Shown one piece after another: positions 1 through 10,289 of a DNA stretch of 64,000 bases (positions are counted from its first letter, which is position 1; each line of letters starts with the position of its first letter). Origin of the DNA: Meyerozyma guilliermondii (taxonomy: Eukaryota); assembly GCA_051546255.1 (NCBI GenBank), contig CP128822.1, forward strand, positions 62,001-126,000, written 5' to 3'. The notes under the pieces were generated by a model that worked only from the letters and a program-made list of their open reading frames with translations, searched no databases and had not been told where the DNA came from. The translations under genes were made by a program, and so were the position numbers.

Positions 1-1037
1 TATTCACGGCGAGCAAAGTAGTTTAATCCAACAAACCAATCTTCTAGATCAATATGGAGTGGAAACTGGATCATCAAGCGGCCGTTATTCGGAGTGGGCT
101 TACCGTCTTTTGTTAAGAATGGAGGAAGTAGTTGGTCTGAGGGAGAAACGGTTTTGATGGTGTTGTTCAACCGAAGCATTCTGAGCTGGCCAAGAAAAAG
201 AGTATTGGAATTGTCGAAGATTGAGTGATGAACTTGGCGGATTTCGGACGAGAAAATGGTGGTCATGTCCACGGAGTAGAGGAGGGTGCCGTCAAGTTCG
301 GTGATAAAGTTGAGAATGCCGTCTGATTTGAGCACACCCATGGCGTAGAACCATCCCTCGCTAACATTGTCCGTGCCTCCATGTTGGTTTTGCAATTGAG
401 CGAGCAGCGAGTCCAGGTGCTCAAACAGACTATTAGGGTTGAACATTGGAGCTTTTGGACCATTGACAATGGTGATATTCTTATTTCTGGATGGAATGGG
501 GCCGTATACTTTACAGCGACACACCAAAACGGATATAGATTGCAGGTGAGATCTACTCTCTTCCACCACCTGTTGCGAACCACTTTCCCAGTACCATTTC
601 TTCACAAGACCCTGGGGTTTCATAAATTGCCAGACCATCAAGGCGGCAATCAAGTTGGTGAAGTATGTCTTGGAAGTGACTTTGATATAAAGTTTTTCGT
701 TGTCAAATGTTTTGATGAAAATCACCGGTGGGTCATCAGCGCTGGTTCCACTGGCTGGAGAAGCAGCTCCCTTCTTGAGACGATGAAGAGTGGGAAGCTG
801 GCTCGTCGTGGAAGCCGACGACATGTTGGGGAACACCTGAACGTGGCACGATTGCAAAGACTGAAGAAGGAGGTAGTGGTTTTCATTTTCCTCCGACGAG
901 AATAACTGGCCCTCGGGAGTAATAAAAAGGGAATACACGTGAATCCACGTCACTGAGTCTGTGGATATGGAAAAATTTCGACCGTGGAAAATCCCCTTGT
1001 CTCGTTTTATAATTTTATGGAACACTGTGCTTTTCAT
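1..1037 (-). CDS. BUD2: 5' part of a probable Bud2 GTPase-activating protein (runs off the left edge)
   Basis: Manual translation, not in the ORF track: ATG at 1037, open to base 1. MKSTVFHKIIKRDKGIFHG...WFYAMGVLKSDGILNF...QFPLHIDLEDWFVGLNYFARRE resembles the fungal Bud2 N-terminus. Confidence 0.7.
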   Translation of the reverse strand, partial: MKSTVFHKIIKRDKGIFHGRNFSISTDSVTWIHVYSLFITPEGQLFSSEENENHYLLLQSLQSCHVQVFPNMSSASTTSQLPTLHRLKKGAASPASGTSADDPPVIFIKTFDNEKLYIKVTSKTYFTNLIAALMVWQFMKPQGLVKKWYWESGSQQVVEESRSHLQSISVLVCRCKVYGPIPSRNKNITIVNGPKAPMFNPNSLFEHLDSLLAQLQNQHGGTDNVSEGWFYAMGVLKSDGILNFITELDGTLLYSVDMTTIFSSEIRQVHHSIFDNSNTLFLGQLRMLRLNNTIKTVSPSDQLLPPFLTKDGKPTPNNGRLMIQFPLHIDLEDWFVGLNYFARRE

Positions 1038-1652
1038 GGTTTAAATTGGGTGGTCGTTATTCAATACAGTTGACGAACTAAAGACGCCTTGAAAGAGAGA
1101 TGGCGTTGAGAATCGGTTGGGAAACGCGTACACAAAGCGGAAACAGACTGGAATTTTTAGTGGAGAGTGGTTGATTTAGAGTTTAATCTTGTTCGTGTTT
1201 CCAATGGTGGTGGGGTTATTGTGCAGGAAGTGCCCGCGAGACGAGTAGCGATTGCCGAGCACATACAGGAAACCCCGAGCACGCGGCTGCGCGGCGAGAG
1301 GAGAGTGAGAGGAGTTGAGTGAGGAAATGGAGTATGGATTGGGTTTAGAGAGTATTCTGAAAAAAGGAGGTATGAGAATGGAGGTATAATGAAAAAATGG
1401 AGAAGAAAGTATTGAAAGAGAGCCACAGAATGAGTATGCTTCAAAAGAAGTAGCTATTAAATAGTTAAATTGTATTGAGTAATTTTTTTGGCGAGGTGCT
1501 TAGGCAGATTTTAGTATCGGGTATCTCTACAGTCTACAGTGTCCGCTCACTTTTTAGCGGTTTGGTGCGACTTTCCACTCACTCGCGCTGCCACCTGTTG
1601 TGTGCACGACCTCGACTTCTTCATTTGAATTTTCAGTCGCAGCTTAAAAGAC

Positions 1653-4502
1653 ATGGACTTTGAAGATGACGACGATAAGCTCCTCCGCGAGTCCACAGAA
1701 CAGCATAATTCGCTCCAAGAACCGTCTCACGACGAACACCCACTAACTGAACGTATTCCTCATGCTTGTGCCTATTGCGGAATTCACGCCACAAATTGTG
1801 TGGTCAAGTGTAACACTTGCAATAAATGGTTTTGCAATTCCAAGTCAGGAGACAAAGGTTCACATATTGTGTCGCACTTGATTCTCTCTCGCCATCGTAT
1901 AGTCTCGTTGCACGAAGAATCAGACCTTGGGGACACCGTTCTCGAATGTTACAATTGTGGTAACAAAAACGTCTTCATCTTAGGATACGTTAGCGCAAAG
2001 CAAGAGTCTGTCGTGGTGATACTATGTCGTCTTCCTTGTGCCCAGCAGAAGGATATCAATTGGGACACAAACCAATGGCAGCCGTTGATTGAAGAAAGGC
2101 AATTTTTACCATGGATCGCTGGAAACCCGGAGGAACATGATCAAATCGAAGCAATTCCGATCACCCACGCTCAAATATCAAAGCTTGAAGCTCAGTGGAG
2201 GCTCAACCGCGATGCTACGATCGAGGATATTGACCAGAAAGGTGAAGAAGAGGAAGAAGTGCTTCCTATTTTGATGCGCTACAACGATGCATTCCAGTAC
2301 CAGCGTGCATTTGGTCCACTTTTGCACTTGGAAGCAGAGTATGATAAAGGCATGAAGGAGTCCCAGGCTCTCGAACACATAACCATTCGCTGGGCGATGG
2401 GGCTTAACAAGAGACATCTTGCCTCGTTCATTCTTTCCACCTTCGAAACCTCATCTTTAAAGGTGGCTGTGGGCGATGAGATCATTCTCCATTACAACGG
2501 CGGTGACCGCGAGCCATGGCAAGGTTCAGGATTTATTGTGAGGTTGCCCAATGCCTATCACAATGAATTTACTCTCGAACTCAACCCACAGAAAAATGCT
2601 CCTCCAACTCATCTCACTACTAATTTCACCGCCGAATTTGTATGGAAAGGAACCTCTTACAACCGGATGCAACATGCCCTCAAATCTTTTGCTGTGGACG
2701 AAAAGTCTGTTTCTGGCTATATCTACCATCGCATATTAGGACATAATGTCGAACCGGTGGAGTTTTCGTTTAATTTACCGGAAAAGCTATCAATACCAAA
2801 CTTGACGGCATTGAACGAATCACAGGAAAATGCGGTTAGAACCGTGTTACAGCGACCACTCTCGTTGATTCAAGGTCCTCCAGGAACCGGCAAAACGTTC
2901 ACATCGGCAACAATAATCTACCATCTTCGAAACATGATCAACAAAAAACCATCAGGAAAGAAATCCTCAAAGAGCAAAAAGAAGCAAACAGCAGAGAAGA
3001 TTTTGGTTTGTGCACCATCAAATGTGGCTGTAGACCACCTCGCTGAAAAGATTGCAAACCTCGGTGTAAAGGTGATGAGACTTACTGCCAAATCTCGGGA
3101 AGATGCAGAGAGTCTGGTATCGCACTTGTCATTGCACAACTTGATAGTTCAAACCAACAAACGTCTTCAGAAACTTCAAGATAAAAAAAATGCCGAGGGA
3201 GAGTTACTGGCGAAGGAAGCTGTGGAATTCCACAAGTTGACCAGAAAGGCAGAAAAATCGGTTATGGAAGATTGTGAAGTTATCTGCTCCACATGCGTAG
3301 GAGCAGGAGATCATAGATTGGACTCGATGGTTTTCCGAGCCGTATTAATCGATGAAAGCACCCAGGCTTCAGAACCAGAAATCATGATCCCGATAGTGAA
3401 GGGTGCGAAGCAGGTTATACTTGTTGGAGATCACCAGCAATTGGGCCCAGTTATTCTTCACAAAAAAGCAGGCGATGCTGGATTGAAACAGTCGCTTTTT
3501 GAAAGACTTGTGGTGTTGGGACATGTACCCATTCGTCTTGAAGTGCAATATAGAATGCACCCATGTCTTTCTGAATTTCCATCAAATATGTTCTACGAAG
3601 GCTCATTGCAAAACGGAGTTTCAAGCGAAAGCAGAACATTTAAAAACGAAACTTTCCCATGGCCAGTTTTGGATTTCCCTATGATGTTCTGGGCCAATTA
3701 TGGTCGGGAAGAGATTTCGGCGAGCGGATATTCGTATCTTAATAGAGTCGAGGCGATGAATGTGGAGAAAATCATTACAAGATTGTTCAAGCAAGGCGTA
3801 AAAGCCGAGCAGATTGGCGTGGTGACACCCTACGAGGGCCAGCGAGCATATATTCTTCAACATATGCTGTTAACTGGTTCTTTGGTGGATAAAAGAGAGC
3901 AGTATTCCGAAGTTGAAGTTGCCAGTGTCGATGCATTTCAAGGTAGGGAGAAAGACTATATTATCTTGAGTTGTGTTAGAGCCAATGAAACCCACGGAAT
4001 CGGATTTTTAAGTGATTCTCGACGCTTAAATGTTGCACTCACCCGAGCTAAGTATGGGTTGGTCATCGTTGGTAACCCAAGGTGCTTGTCCAAGAACAAG
4101 CTCTGGAACCACCTTCTTATTCATTTCAGAGAAAAGGGATGTCTTGTTGAAGGACCATTGGATAACCTTCAACTTTCAATGGTGCAATTGAGACAGACTC
4201 CAGCAAGTATAATGCCCATGCAAACGAGAAACTTTATGGACGACGACACCGCCAGTGTGATGTCGTATGTTGCTGCACCAAGACAAGACCACAGCAACGA
4301 GGAAGCTCAATGGCCTCGTTTGCGCAAGGAACAAAATGGCAATGATAACGTTTATGGATCAGTTTCGCACCCATTGTCATCCAACCATTATTCCAGAATA
4401 CAAGATTCGCCGCCAGTGTATGACAACGAGCGAAACTCTACACTTGAGCAAGACTTGAAGAGCTTAACCAATGCTTTTGTTTCTGGTTTTTCTTTTGACT
4501 AA
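1653..4502 (+). CDS. NAM7: Upf1/Nam7 SF1 RNA helicase (nonsense-mediated decay)
   Basis: Cys/His domain (HACAYCG, CNTCNKWFCN), QGPPGTGKT, DESTQ, VDAFQGREKD, RRLNVALTRAK. Confidence 0.97.
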   Translation: MDFEDDDDKLLRESTEQHNSLQEPSHDEHPLTERIPHACAYCGIHATNCVVKCNTCNKWFCNSKSGDKGSHIVSHLILSRHRIVSLHEESDLGDTVLECYNCGNKNVFILGYVSAKQESVVVILCRLPCAQQKDINWDTNQWQPLIEERQFLPWIAGNPEEHDQIEAIPITHAQISKLEAQWRLNRDATIEDIDQKGEEEEEVLPILMRYNDAFQYQRAFGPLLHLEAEYDKGMKESQALEHITIRWAMGLNKRHLASFILSTFETSSLKVAVGDEIILHYNGGDREPWQGSGFIVRLPNAYHNEFTLELNPQKNAPPTHLTTNFTAEFVWKGTSYNRMQHALKSFAVDEKSVSGYIYHRILGHNVEPVEFSFNLPEKLSIPNLTALNESQENAVRTVLQRPLSLIQGPPGTGKTFTSATIIYHLRNMINKKPSGKKSSKSKKKQTAEKILVCAPSNVAVDHLAEKIANLGVKVMRLTAKSREDAESLVSHLSLHNLIVQTNKRLQKLQDKKNAEGELLAKEAVEFHKLTRKAEKSVMEDCEVICSTCVGAGDHRLDSMVFRAVLIDESTQASEPEIMIPIVKGAKQVILVGDHQQLGPVILHKKAGDAGLKQSLFERLVVLGHVPIRLEVQYRMHPCLSEFPSNMFYEGSLQNGVSSESRTFKNETFPWPVLDFPMMFWANYGREEISASGYSYLNRVEAMNVEKIITRLFKQGVKAEQIGVVTPYEGQRAYILQHMLLTGSLVDKREQYSEVEVASVDAFQGREKDYIILSCVRANETHGIGFLSDSRRLNVALTRAKYGLVIVGNPRCLSKNKLWNHLLIHFREKGCLVEGPLDNLQLSMVQLRQTPASIMPMQTRNFMDDDTASVMSYVAAPRQDHSNEEAQWPRLRKEQNGNDNVYGSVSHPLSSNHYSRIQDSPPVYDNERNSTLEQDLKSLTNAFVSGFSFD

Positions 4503-4597
4503 AAACACTACATAATATTCCTGTAATATACTATGTCGGATTTTCGCGACACAAACTGCGACAACTACCCCATACTTTTGTAGCAGCATTCAAAGCT

Positions 4598-5620
4598 ATG
4601 AAACTGGCTCATAGCACCCACGCCGGTTCGGGCTCTGTTTCCCGGGTTTCCAAACCAGAAACGGTCAAAGGTTTGAGAAAATTGACCTTTCAGCATCGAG
4701 AAAGTGTCGTTAATAAAAAATCTGAAACCACTGATAATAATTCTGGTAATAATTCTTTCATTGGAACCAACCTAAAAGCCCAGAAAGTCATTGAGGAGCT
4801 CGATGCCTTCAACAGAACGCTCAGCAAAACGAAACTTAATGGGAATGATATTCAATTGATACTTTACTTGATTGTACAAATCAAGCCGTTCAAATACGTA
4901 GGAGATCGTTCGGTGAGCCAGACATATAAATGGGAATTGGTGCAACGAAAGTATGTGGAAATTAAGACCAAAGAGTATCAGAGACAAACCAAGGTAGTGG
5001 CTCCTACAGTACGGACGTTACAGCGACAATTGGCTTCTGCTATAAAGAGAGCATCAGTAAGAATGAAGAACAAAGAAAATTCAATTGACAATATCACTCA
5101 AGTTCTCTGTCAAATCACCCGAGATACAAGTGTCGAGGAGCTAGAAAATGCTACTTTTCAGCTCAATATATTCAGCGAGAACCTCAAAGCAGGAAGAGAG
5201 GTTCCTGTGGAATCTTTGGTTTCCAGCGAAGAATTCGAGATTGTTTCAGAACTGGTTTTTAGTCTTCCAAGATTGTCGCTGATGTCCAGTCTGACCTCCC
5301 AAGACAAGATAGTACCCACCTTCCACGAAAGTAAGCGACTACTCGAAACTACTCGAAATCAGGTGGAAAGTGCTCTCAAGGCTGAAGACCCAAAGTCACT
5401 AAAATCACTACTAAAAACGATAGAAAGACTAACCAGCGAATGCGAGCAAACGAGCTTGACGGAGAACGAAAGAATCATGAAACAAACCCGACTTTTCGTG
5501 GAACAAAAATTGGAAGAATGCACAAAAACCATTGAGCTGTCCATGAGAGAATTGGTCGAACAGCAACAGAAAAATAAGGCATTAATGGAAAGAGTAATTG
5601 CCCACATAGGTCTGGAGTAA
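4598..5620 (+). CDS. Hypothetical protein with possible Myb/SANT-like N-terminal helices and C-terminal coiled coil
   Basis: ATG-initiated 340-aa ORF filling the gap between two genes. Confidence 0.75.
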   Translation: MKLAHSTHAGSGSVSRVSKPETVKGLRKLTFQHRESVVNKKSETTDNNSGNNSFIGTNLKAQKVIEELDAFNRTLSKTKLNGNDIQLILYLIVQIKPFKYVGDRSVSQTYKWELVQRKYVEIKTKEYQRQTKVVAPTVRTLQRQLASAIKRASVRMKNKENSIDNITQVLCQITRDTSVEELENATFQLNIFSENLKAGREVPVESLVSSEEFEIVSELVFSLPRLSLMSSLTSQDKIVPTFHESKRLLETTRNQVESALKAEDPKSLKSLLKTIERLTSECEQTSLTENERIMKQTRLFVEQKLEECTKTIELSMRELVEQQQKNKALMERVIAHIGLE

Positions 5621-5671
5621 TAGGTCTGAGTACTTATTGAGCCTCTTGTCAATTCAGCTTCTGCTCTATTT

Positions 5672-6697
5672 CTAATTTCTAAGATCCTCCAAGTCGTTGT
5701 ACTTTAAAAGTTGCAGAACAGAGTCATAGACATCGTCTTCAAGACTGATGAACTTGAATCCCAAAATCTTCTTTGTTTTCGAATTGTCCACAATAAGGTC
5801 ACTGAGCCCTTCATGGGCCCTTTCAGGTTCACCTACTGCAAGACTGTCACGGAGTTCAGGGAATTTTTCACGTACAATGTTCAAAATCATTTGGAAGGTA
5901 AATCGATGCTCGGTCAAAAGCAACCTTTTTCCTTGAATTTCGTCGGTTTGGGCAGCAACTATATGTGCCTTGGCTACATCTCGCACATCAATAAAGCCTC
6001 CTTTGAACTCCTTGACGGTATCTCCTGGCTTGAAAGAAAGAACAGACTTGAGCAAATCCGAAGAAAATCCCAACTCACCTTTCACTGTTTCATCGAAAGC
6101 CTGAGGACCAAAAACATAGGTAGGGTTAACTACCGAAAGGGTAAACTGGGGCTTCTCTTTCTCCACAAATTCCCACGCAGCCTTCTCAGCAAACGTCTTT
6201 GAACCAGCATAGGCAGCCAGCTCATTGCTGAGAGCCTGTTCCCAGGTAATTGGGTTCCAGCTTTCCTCAGTAATAACCGTACCTTTAGGAGGAGTTTCCA
6301 ACGTATTTCCCACAGCAGCATAGGAAGATGTGAGCCCAACCCTCTTGACGTTGTGACCGTGTTTCTGAATTGCTCTCAACCCATTTTTTGTGCCTTCAAT
6401 GGCAGGAAGCAAGAAATCCTTCTCGGGGTCCTTTCCTCCAAACAGCACTGGTGATGCGGTATGAAGAAATATCGAAGTCTCTGGATGCTTCTCCAATGCC
6501 TCGTCAAATGCATTTGGAGCTGTCAAGTCTGGAACAATCTCAAGATGAAGCTTATCATTGTTGAATAGTTTCAGCAATTTATCGGCCTTTTGTTGCGATC
6601 TGACAGTTCCCACGACCGTGAAATTTTCAGCAAGCAATTGCTTCACAATGTGCTGAGCAATGAAGCCGGTGGCTCCAGACACAAAAGCGGTGGTCAT
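5672..6697 (-). CDS. GRE2: Gre2-family NADPH-dependent methylglyoxal/aldehyde reductase (extended SDR)
   Basis: VSGATGFIA Rossmann motif, HTASP, TSSYAA, YAGSK catalytic YxxxK. Multi-gene family, so exact orthology is uncertain. Confidence 0.88.
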   Translation of the reverse strand: MTTAFVSGATGFIAQHIVKQLLAENFTVVGTVRSQQKADKLLKLFNNDKLHLEIVPDLTAPNAFDEALEKHPETSIFLHTASPVLFGGKDPEKDFLLPAIEGTKNGLRAIQKHGHNVKRVGLTSSYAAVGNTLETPPKGTVITEESWNPITWEQALSNELAAYAGSKTFAEKAAWEFVEKEKPQFTLSVVNPTYVFGPQAFDETVKGELGFSSDLLKSVLSFKPGDTVKEFKGGFIDVRDVAKAHIVAAQTDEIQGKRLLLTEHRFTFQMILNIVREKFPELRDSLAVGEPERAHEGLSDLIVDNSKTKKILGFKFISLEDDVYDSVLQLLKYNDLEDLRN

Positions 6698-6860
6698 AAT
6701 GATTTGGATTCGAGGGTGGGTAGCTCTATATATACAGTAGACCGCTTATTCAAACTATCGTTGAGTGGCTCCATGGTAAATGCAGGACATTTATTAATTC
6801 AAGCTGTCATAAATATGGGATCCCGGTGTACATGCAGGACAAAATGTGGGGCAAGATTTT

Positions 6861-7781
6861 TCAGGTGTGGTTTTTCAACCAATCGACAATTGCCTCGCCC
6901 ACCTTATGGGGATCTTCACGATGAAGAAAATGGCCCAAACCTGCCATGGTCTGAACCTTGACATTGGGATTTCCCGCCAACTTGTTTCTTTGAATATCTA
7001 GTAACTGGCTCGACATGCACCCGTCAACTTCTCCACCGAGAATCAAAGTGGGAACTTTTTCGAAATCCACCAACCATTTTCTGTCCTGGATATTGAGCAC
7101 ACGGAACAAGCACCGATAGTAGGCAGTAGCAGCATCGAGAACTTCAGGTTGAGCCAAAGTTTCATGAACAGGTCCTATATCATCCTCGGTGAATTTCCAA
7201 GTGGGCGACCAGTAACGCCAGAGTTGGTCGAGATAGTCGCCGTGGAACTTGGGTCCGTAAAGAAACCGGTATTGCATGGTGAAAAAGTAACTCGACAAGT
7301 AGAGCTGCTGGGGACATTTTACAGCGAGTTCCCATGGTTTGATGTTGGACATGAGAGGAATAGCCAAAGTCACCATCGATGTCAAGAGCTCAGGAAACAT
7401 GGTGGCGGTTTTGTATGCGGCAATTGCACCCCAATCGTGGCCCACAAGGTGTACAGGAACTCCTTGTAAGTCTCCTAGTTGTTCAATCCAGGCCTTGACG
7501 TCCTTGGCAAGATCCGAGGTTCGATAATCCGTGTCTTTTCCTACACTTGAAGGCTCGTACCCACGCAAAGCTGGTGCCAACAAAAGCGCCAGAGGAAATG
7601 TCTCGGCAAGAATTGGCCAAACACCGTTATAGGAGGTATTATTATCGGGGAAGCCATGAATCAAGATGATCACTTTCAGCCAAGGACGACTTTGACGTCT
7701 TGCGAACACTTGCTGATGTTTGTGGGAGCTGATAGCGGAGAACTCACGCCCGTCGTGATGGAGCTTGATAGAATAAGTCAT
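6861..7781 (-). CDS. Alpha/beta-fold epoxide hydrolase-like protein
   Basis: HGFPD oxyanion motif, GHDWG with Asp nucleophile, C-terminal GHFLH. Confidence 0.88.
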   Translation of the reverse strand: MTYSIKLHHDGREFSAISSHKHQQVFARRQSRPWLKVIILIHGFPDNNTSYNGVWPILAETFPLALLLAPALRGYEPSSVGKDTDYRTSDLAKDVKAWIEQLGDLQGVPVHLVGHDWGAIAAYKTATMFPELLTSMVTLAIPLMSNIKPWELAVKCPQQLYLSSYFFTMQYRFLYGPKFHGDYLDQLWRYWSPTWKFTEDDIGPVHETLAQPEVLDAATAYYRCLFRVLNIQDRKWLVDFEKVPTLILGGEVDGCMSSQLLDIQRNKLAGNPNVKVQTMAGLGHFLHREDPHKVGEAIVDWLKNHT

Positions 7782-7878
7782 GATGACGAGATGAAAAATG
7801 AAAAACCATGTGAATATGAACTATGGGGTAGCGGCATTGTGCAGGAACCAGTATTAGAACATTGTGCAGAATACTTGG

Positions 7879-9339
7879 CTAACTGAAAATCAGAATTGAG
7901 TCTTCAGGAGCAGTTTCTGGTGCGGCTTCATCGTCCTCCTCCTCCTCATTCATGTTCACCTTCTGGCCCAAAAGCGACGCAAAAAATTCGTCAATCTGGT
8001 CGTCGTTCCAGGCCCATCCTCCTCGAGGCGCATCGAAATTTGCAATCGGGTCCTGTACATGATACCGAAGCTTACGGCCCTTAGAGGCTCTAGTATCGAC
8101 CTGGTTTTTGAGCTTGGCGGATCTCAGAGCAAGAGCAACGTTGAGACCAGATGTTGGGTTAGAAGTTTGTATTTTTTTATCAACCAAATCGTTCAACAAA
8201 ATTCTGTAGAAATCACCATCGTCGAAAATTTGGTTCATTTCCCCACGAGATCTCGTTTTAGGAACTTCAGAGTCATCATTGGTTTCTGATTCCGGTTCTT
8301 CTTCATAGCCTAAAGGCGTGATTTGACTTCGGTTGATTTTCGTACGCTTGATCAATCTTTCTTTGTCCAATAAATGATTTGCAACTTGCTGTTCCGCTGA
8401 CTGATTGATGGCCTTGAACTTACTGTCATTTAAAGCCCGCGAGCCAGACGAGTTCTGGATCTTATTGGACCACTTGTTCAACACCACTTCTCTGTATTTG
8501 GCAAGAATAGCATCTTGCTTGGTAGAAGCTTTGACGTACTCGTCCAATTTGCGTTTCTTGGGATTTTTCACTTTTTCCGTTGATATTTGGTCCTGTTTCA
8601 CAAGCTTGGTCCGGAGAGTGAGAATGCTATCGAGGAGACTGTAACAAGCATTTTCTGCCATTTTATACTTGGAAGACGAATACTCAAATTCAGGAAGGTT
8701 TTTGCTGGGAAGAGTGTTCGAGTTTGTCAATGATTTCTGGATTTTCATGCGTACTTCGATGATGGAATCAAAGAGCCTTTGCTGTTTATCAATCGAGTAG
8801 CCTTTAAGAGCGTCAGAAGTGGTCGATTGAGACAATCTTTGGATGACATGCTTACGCTCGGTGGCTAGAAGTGCAGCAATATTGGCAGAATCGCGTCCAG
8901 AATTCTGGTTGGTTTCTGATCCAGTATCCTCCAGATCCTCTTCACTTTCACTAGCCTCCAGCTCGTTCTCACTACCATTTTCACTTTCACTACCATTTTC
9001 CTCTTCAATGCCATCAATTTCGTTTTCGATTTCTTCACTATCGTCTTCATTTTCCTCTTCATTTTCCTCTTCACTATCCTCTTCACTTTCCTCCTCACTA
9101 TCGCTGTTTTCCAACTGCTCCCGAGACACTACACTTCCCTTATACTTTCCGTTCATAGGAGCTGCATTTCTGAGTTTAGACCGCGCAGTAGGAACGTAAT
9201 GCTCACGAGCCTCCTGGACATCTTCCGACTCTGAACCTGAACCAGAGTCAGATCCGAACTCGTGGAACTCGTTGTTTTCAATGTCAAAGTCCTCTGGGGC
9301 GTCTAGGTCCCCCAACTTCTCTCCTAACGTCCTAGCCAT
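7879..9339 (-). CDS. BFR2: Bfr2/AATF SSU processome factor
   Basis: Probable start MARTLGEKL at 9339, acidic tract, IFDDGDFY and VDTRASKGRKLRYHV (TRAUB domain). Confidence 0.93.
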   Translation of the reverse strand: MARTLGEKLGDLDAPEDFDIENNEFHEFGSDSGSGSESEDVQEAREHYVPTARSKLRNAAPMNGKYKGSVVSREQLENSDSEEESEEDSEEENEEENEDDSEEIENEIDGIEEENGSESENGSENELEASESEEDLEDTGSETNQNSGRDSANIAALLATERKHVIQRLSQSTTSDALKGYSIDKQQRLFDSIIEVRMKIQKSLTNSNTLPSKNLPEFEYSSSKYKMAENACYSLLDSILTLRTKLVKQDQISTEKVKNPKKRKLDEYVKASTKQDAILAKYREVVLNKWSNKIQNSSGSRALNDSKFKAINQSAEQQVANHLLDKERLIKRTKINRSQITPLGYEEEPESETNDDSEVPKTRSRGEMNQIFDDGDFYRILLNDLVDKKIQTSNPTSGLNVALALRSAKLKNQVDTRASKGRKLRYHVQDPIANFDAPRGGWAWNDDQIDEFFASLLGQKVNMNEEEEDDEAAPETAPEDSILIFS

Positions 9340-9342
9340 GTC

Positions 9343-9377
9343 GATGAGATGAGATGAGATGAGATTCGTGAATTTTC
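9343..9377. promoter_or_regulatory. Tandem PAC-like (GATGAG x4) and RRPE-like motifs next to the BFR2 start
   Basis: GATGAGATGAGATGAGATGAG at 9343-9363 and TGAATTTTC at 9369-9377. BFR2 belongs to the ribosome-biogenesis regulon. Confidence 0.6.
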
Positions 9378-9758
9378 GCGGTGCGAAATATATGCGAAAA
9401 TGAGAAAGACAAGATGGGGTAAAGAAATAAGAGAGTTGGCTCGAACTATAGGTGGCGATCACAAATATGTTGAAGTCGAGTAGGTATAAAGCAAATTTGG
9501 CCGTTTGAGTCAACCAGCTGAAATTGTTTGTGCCTGCATATAAACGTACAAACACAAACATTTTGCAGCTTATAACCACCCAGAACCAACTCCAATACCA
9601 CCCAAATCCAAAGGATCACGCTAGCGCCAATTTTAGGAGATTCTGGCCCACCAACTATTCCCTTACCAACTCTTTGTTCTCACTTGTGTTCGCAACCCAC
9701 CCGTGCACCATGGCTGTGTTGCGCGATATCAACATTTCTCTTTCTACAATCCACCATC

Positions 9759-10136
9759 ATGTATTTCCATCGCTTTCTAGCCATTTTGACGCTCGTTTCC
9801 ACCATATACGCTCTCGCAGACCAGAATAATGGACAGAACGACCAGGGTAAAACGCTTACAAAGACGACTGTTTGGGTGACCAAAACAGCAAATGGAAAAC
9901 TCACAACACTGCCGCTGGTTTACCAGCAATCTTTTAAAACAACCTACACAGAAGCCGGTAATAGTGATGTCAAGTCGGGCGGCGTAGGACTAGGCTCCCA
10001 GACCGGAAATGTTGGCGAAGTCCGTAGCTATGAGCGCACCACTATTCTGAATACCAACGCGGGTAACGAAATAACACCTAATATTTACTCAGGATTTGCT
10101 GGAGCATTGTTGGCGTTGGTGGCTGCGGTTGTATAG
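9759..10136 (+). CDS. KRE1: Kre1-family GPI cell-wall protein (beta-1,6-glucan assembly)
   Basis: Signal peptide MYFHRFLAILTLV, TTVWVT...YQQSF...VKSGGVGLG...VGEVRSY Kre1 motif, hydrophobic GPI tail. Confidence 0.85.
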   Translation: MYFHRFLAILTLVSTIYALADQNNGQNDQGKTLTKTTVWVTKTANGKLTTLPLVYQQSFKTTYTEAGNSDVKSGGVGLGSQTGNVGEVRSYERTTILNTNAGNEITPNIYSGFAGALLALVAAVV

Positions 10137-10289
10137 TCTTACTGGTTGAGACTAGTAGTTTTGGTGGAGAAATATCAGCCATTGGTAGTATGTAGAGTAT
10201 GAAATATACACGGGGCCCGCGCGGAACGCGTGCCTGGATTTACCCAGCCCTCCGCACCGAATTTTTTCTCATTTGTGCTCAAGTCACCA

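Noticed and set aside
8843..9199. Ser-rich antisense ORF (also 18172..18753)
   Set aside because: Mirror of Glu/Asp/Lys-rich tracts in BFR2 and MED2.
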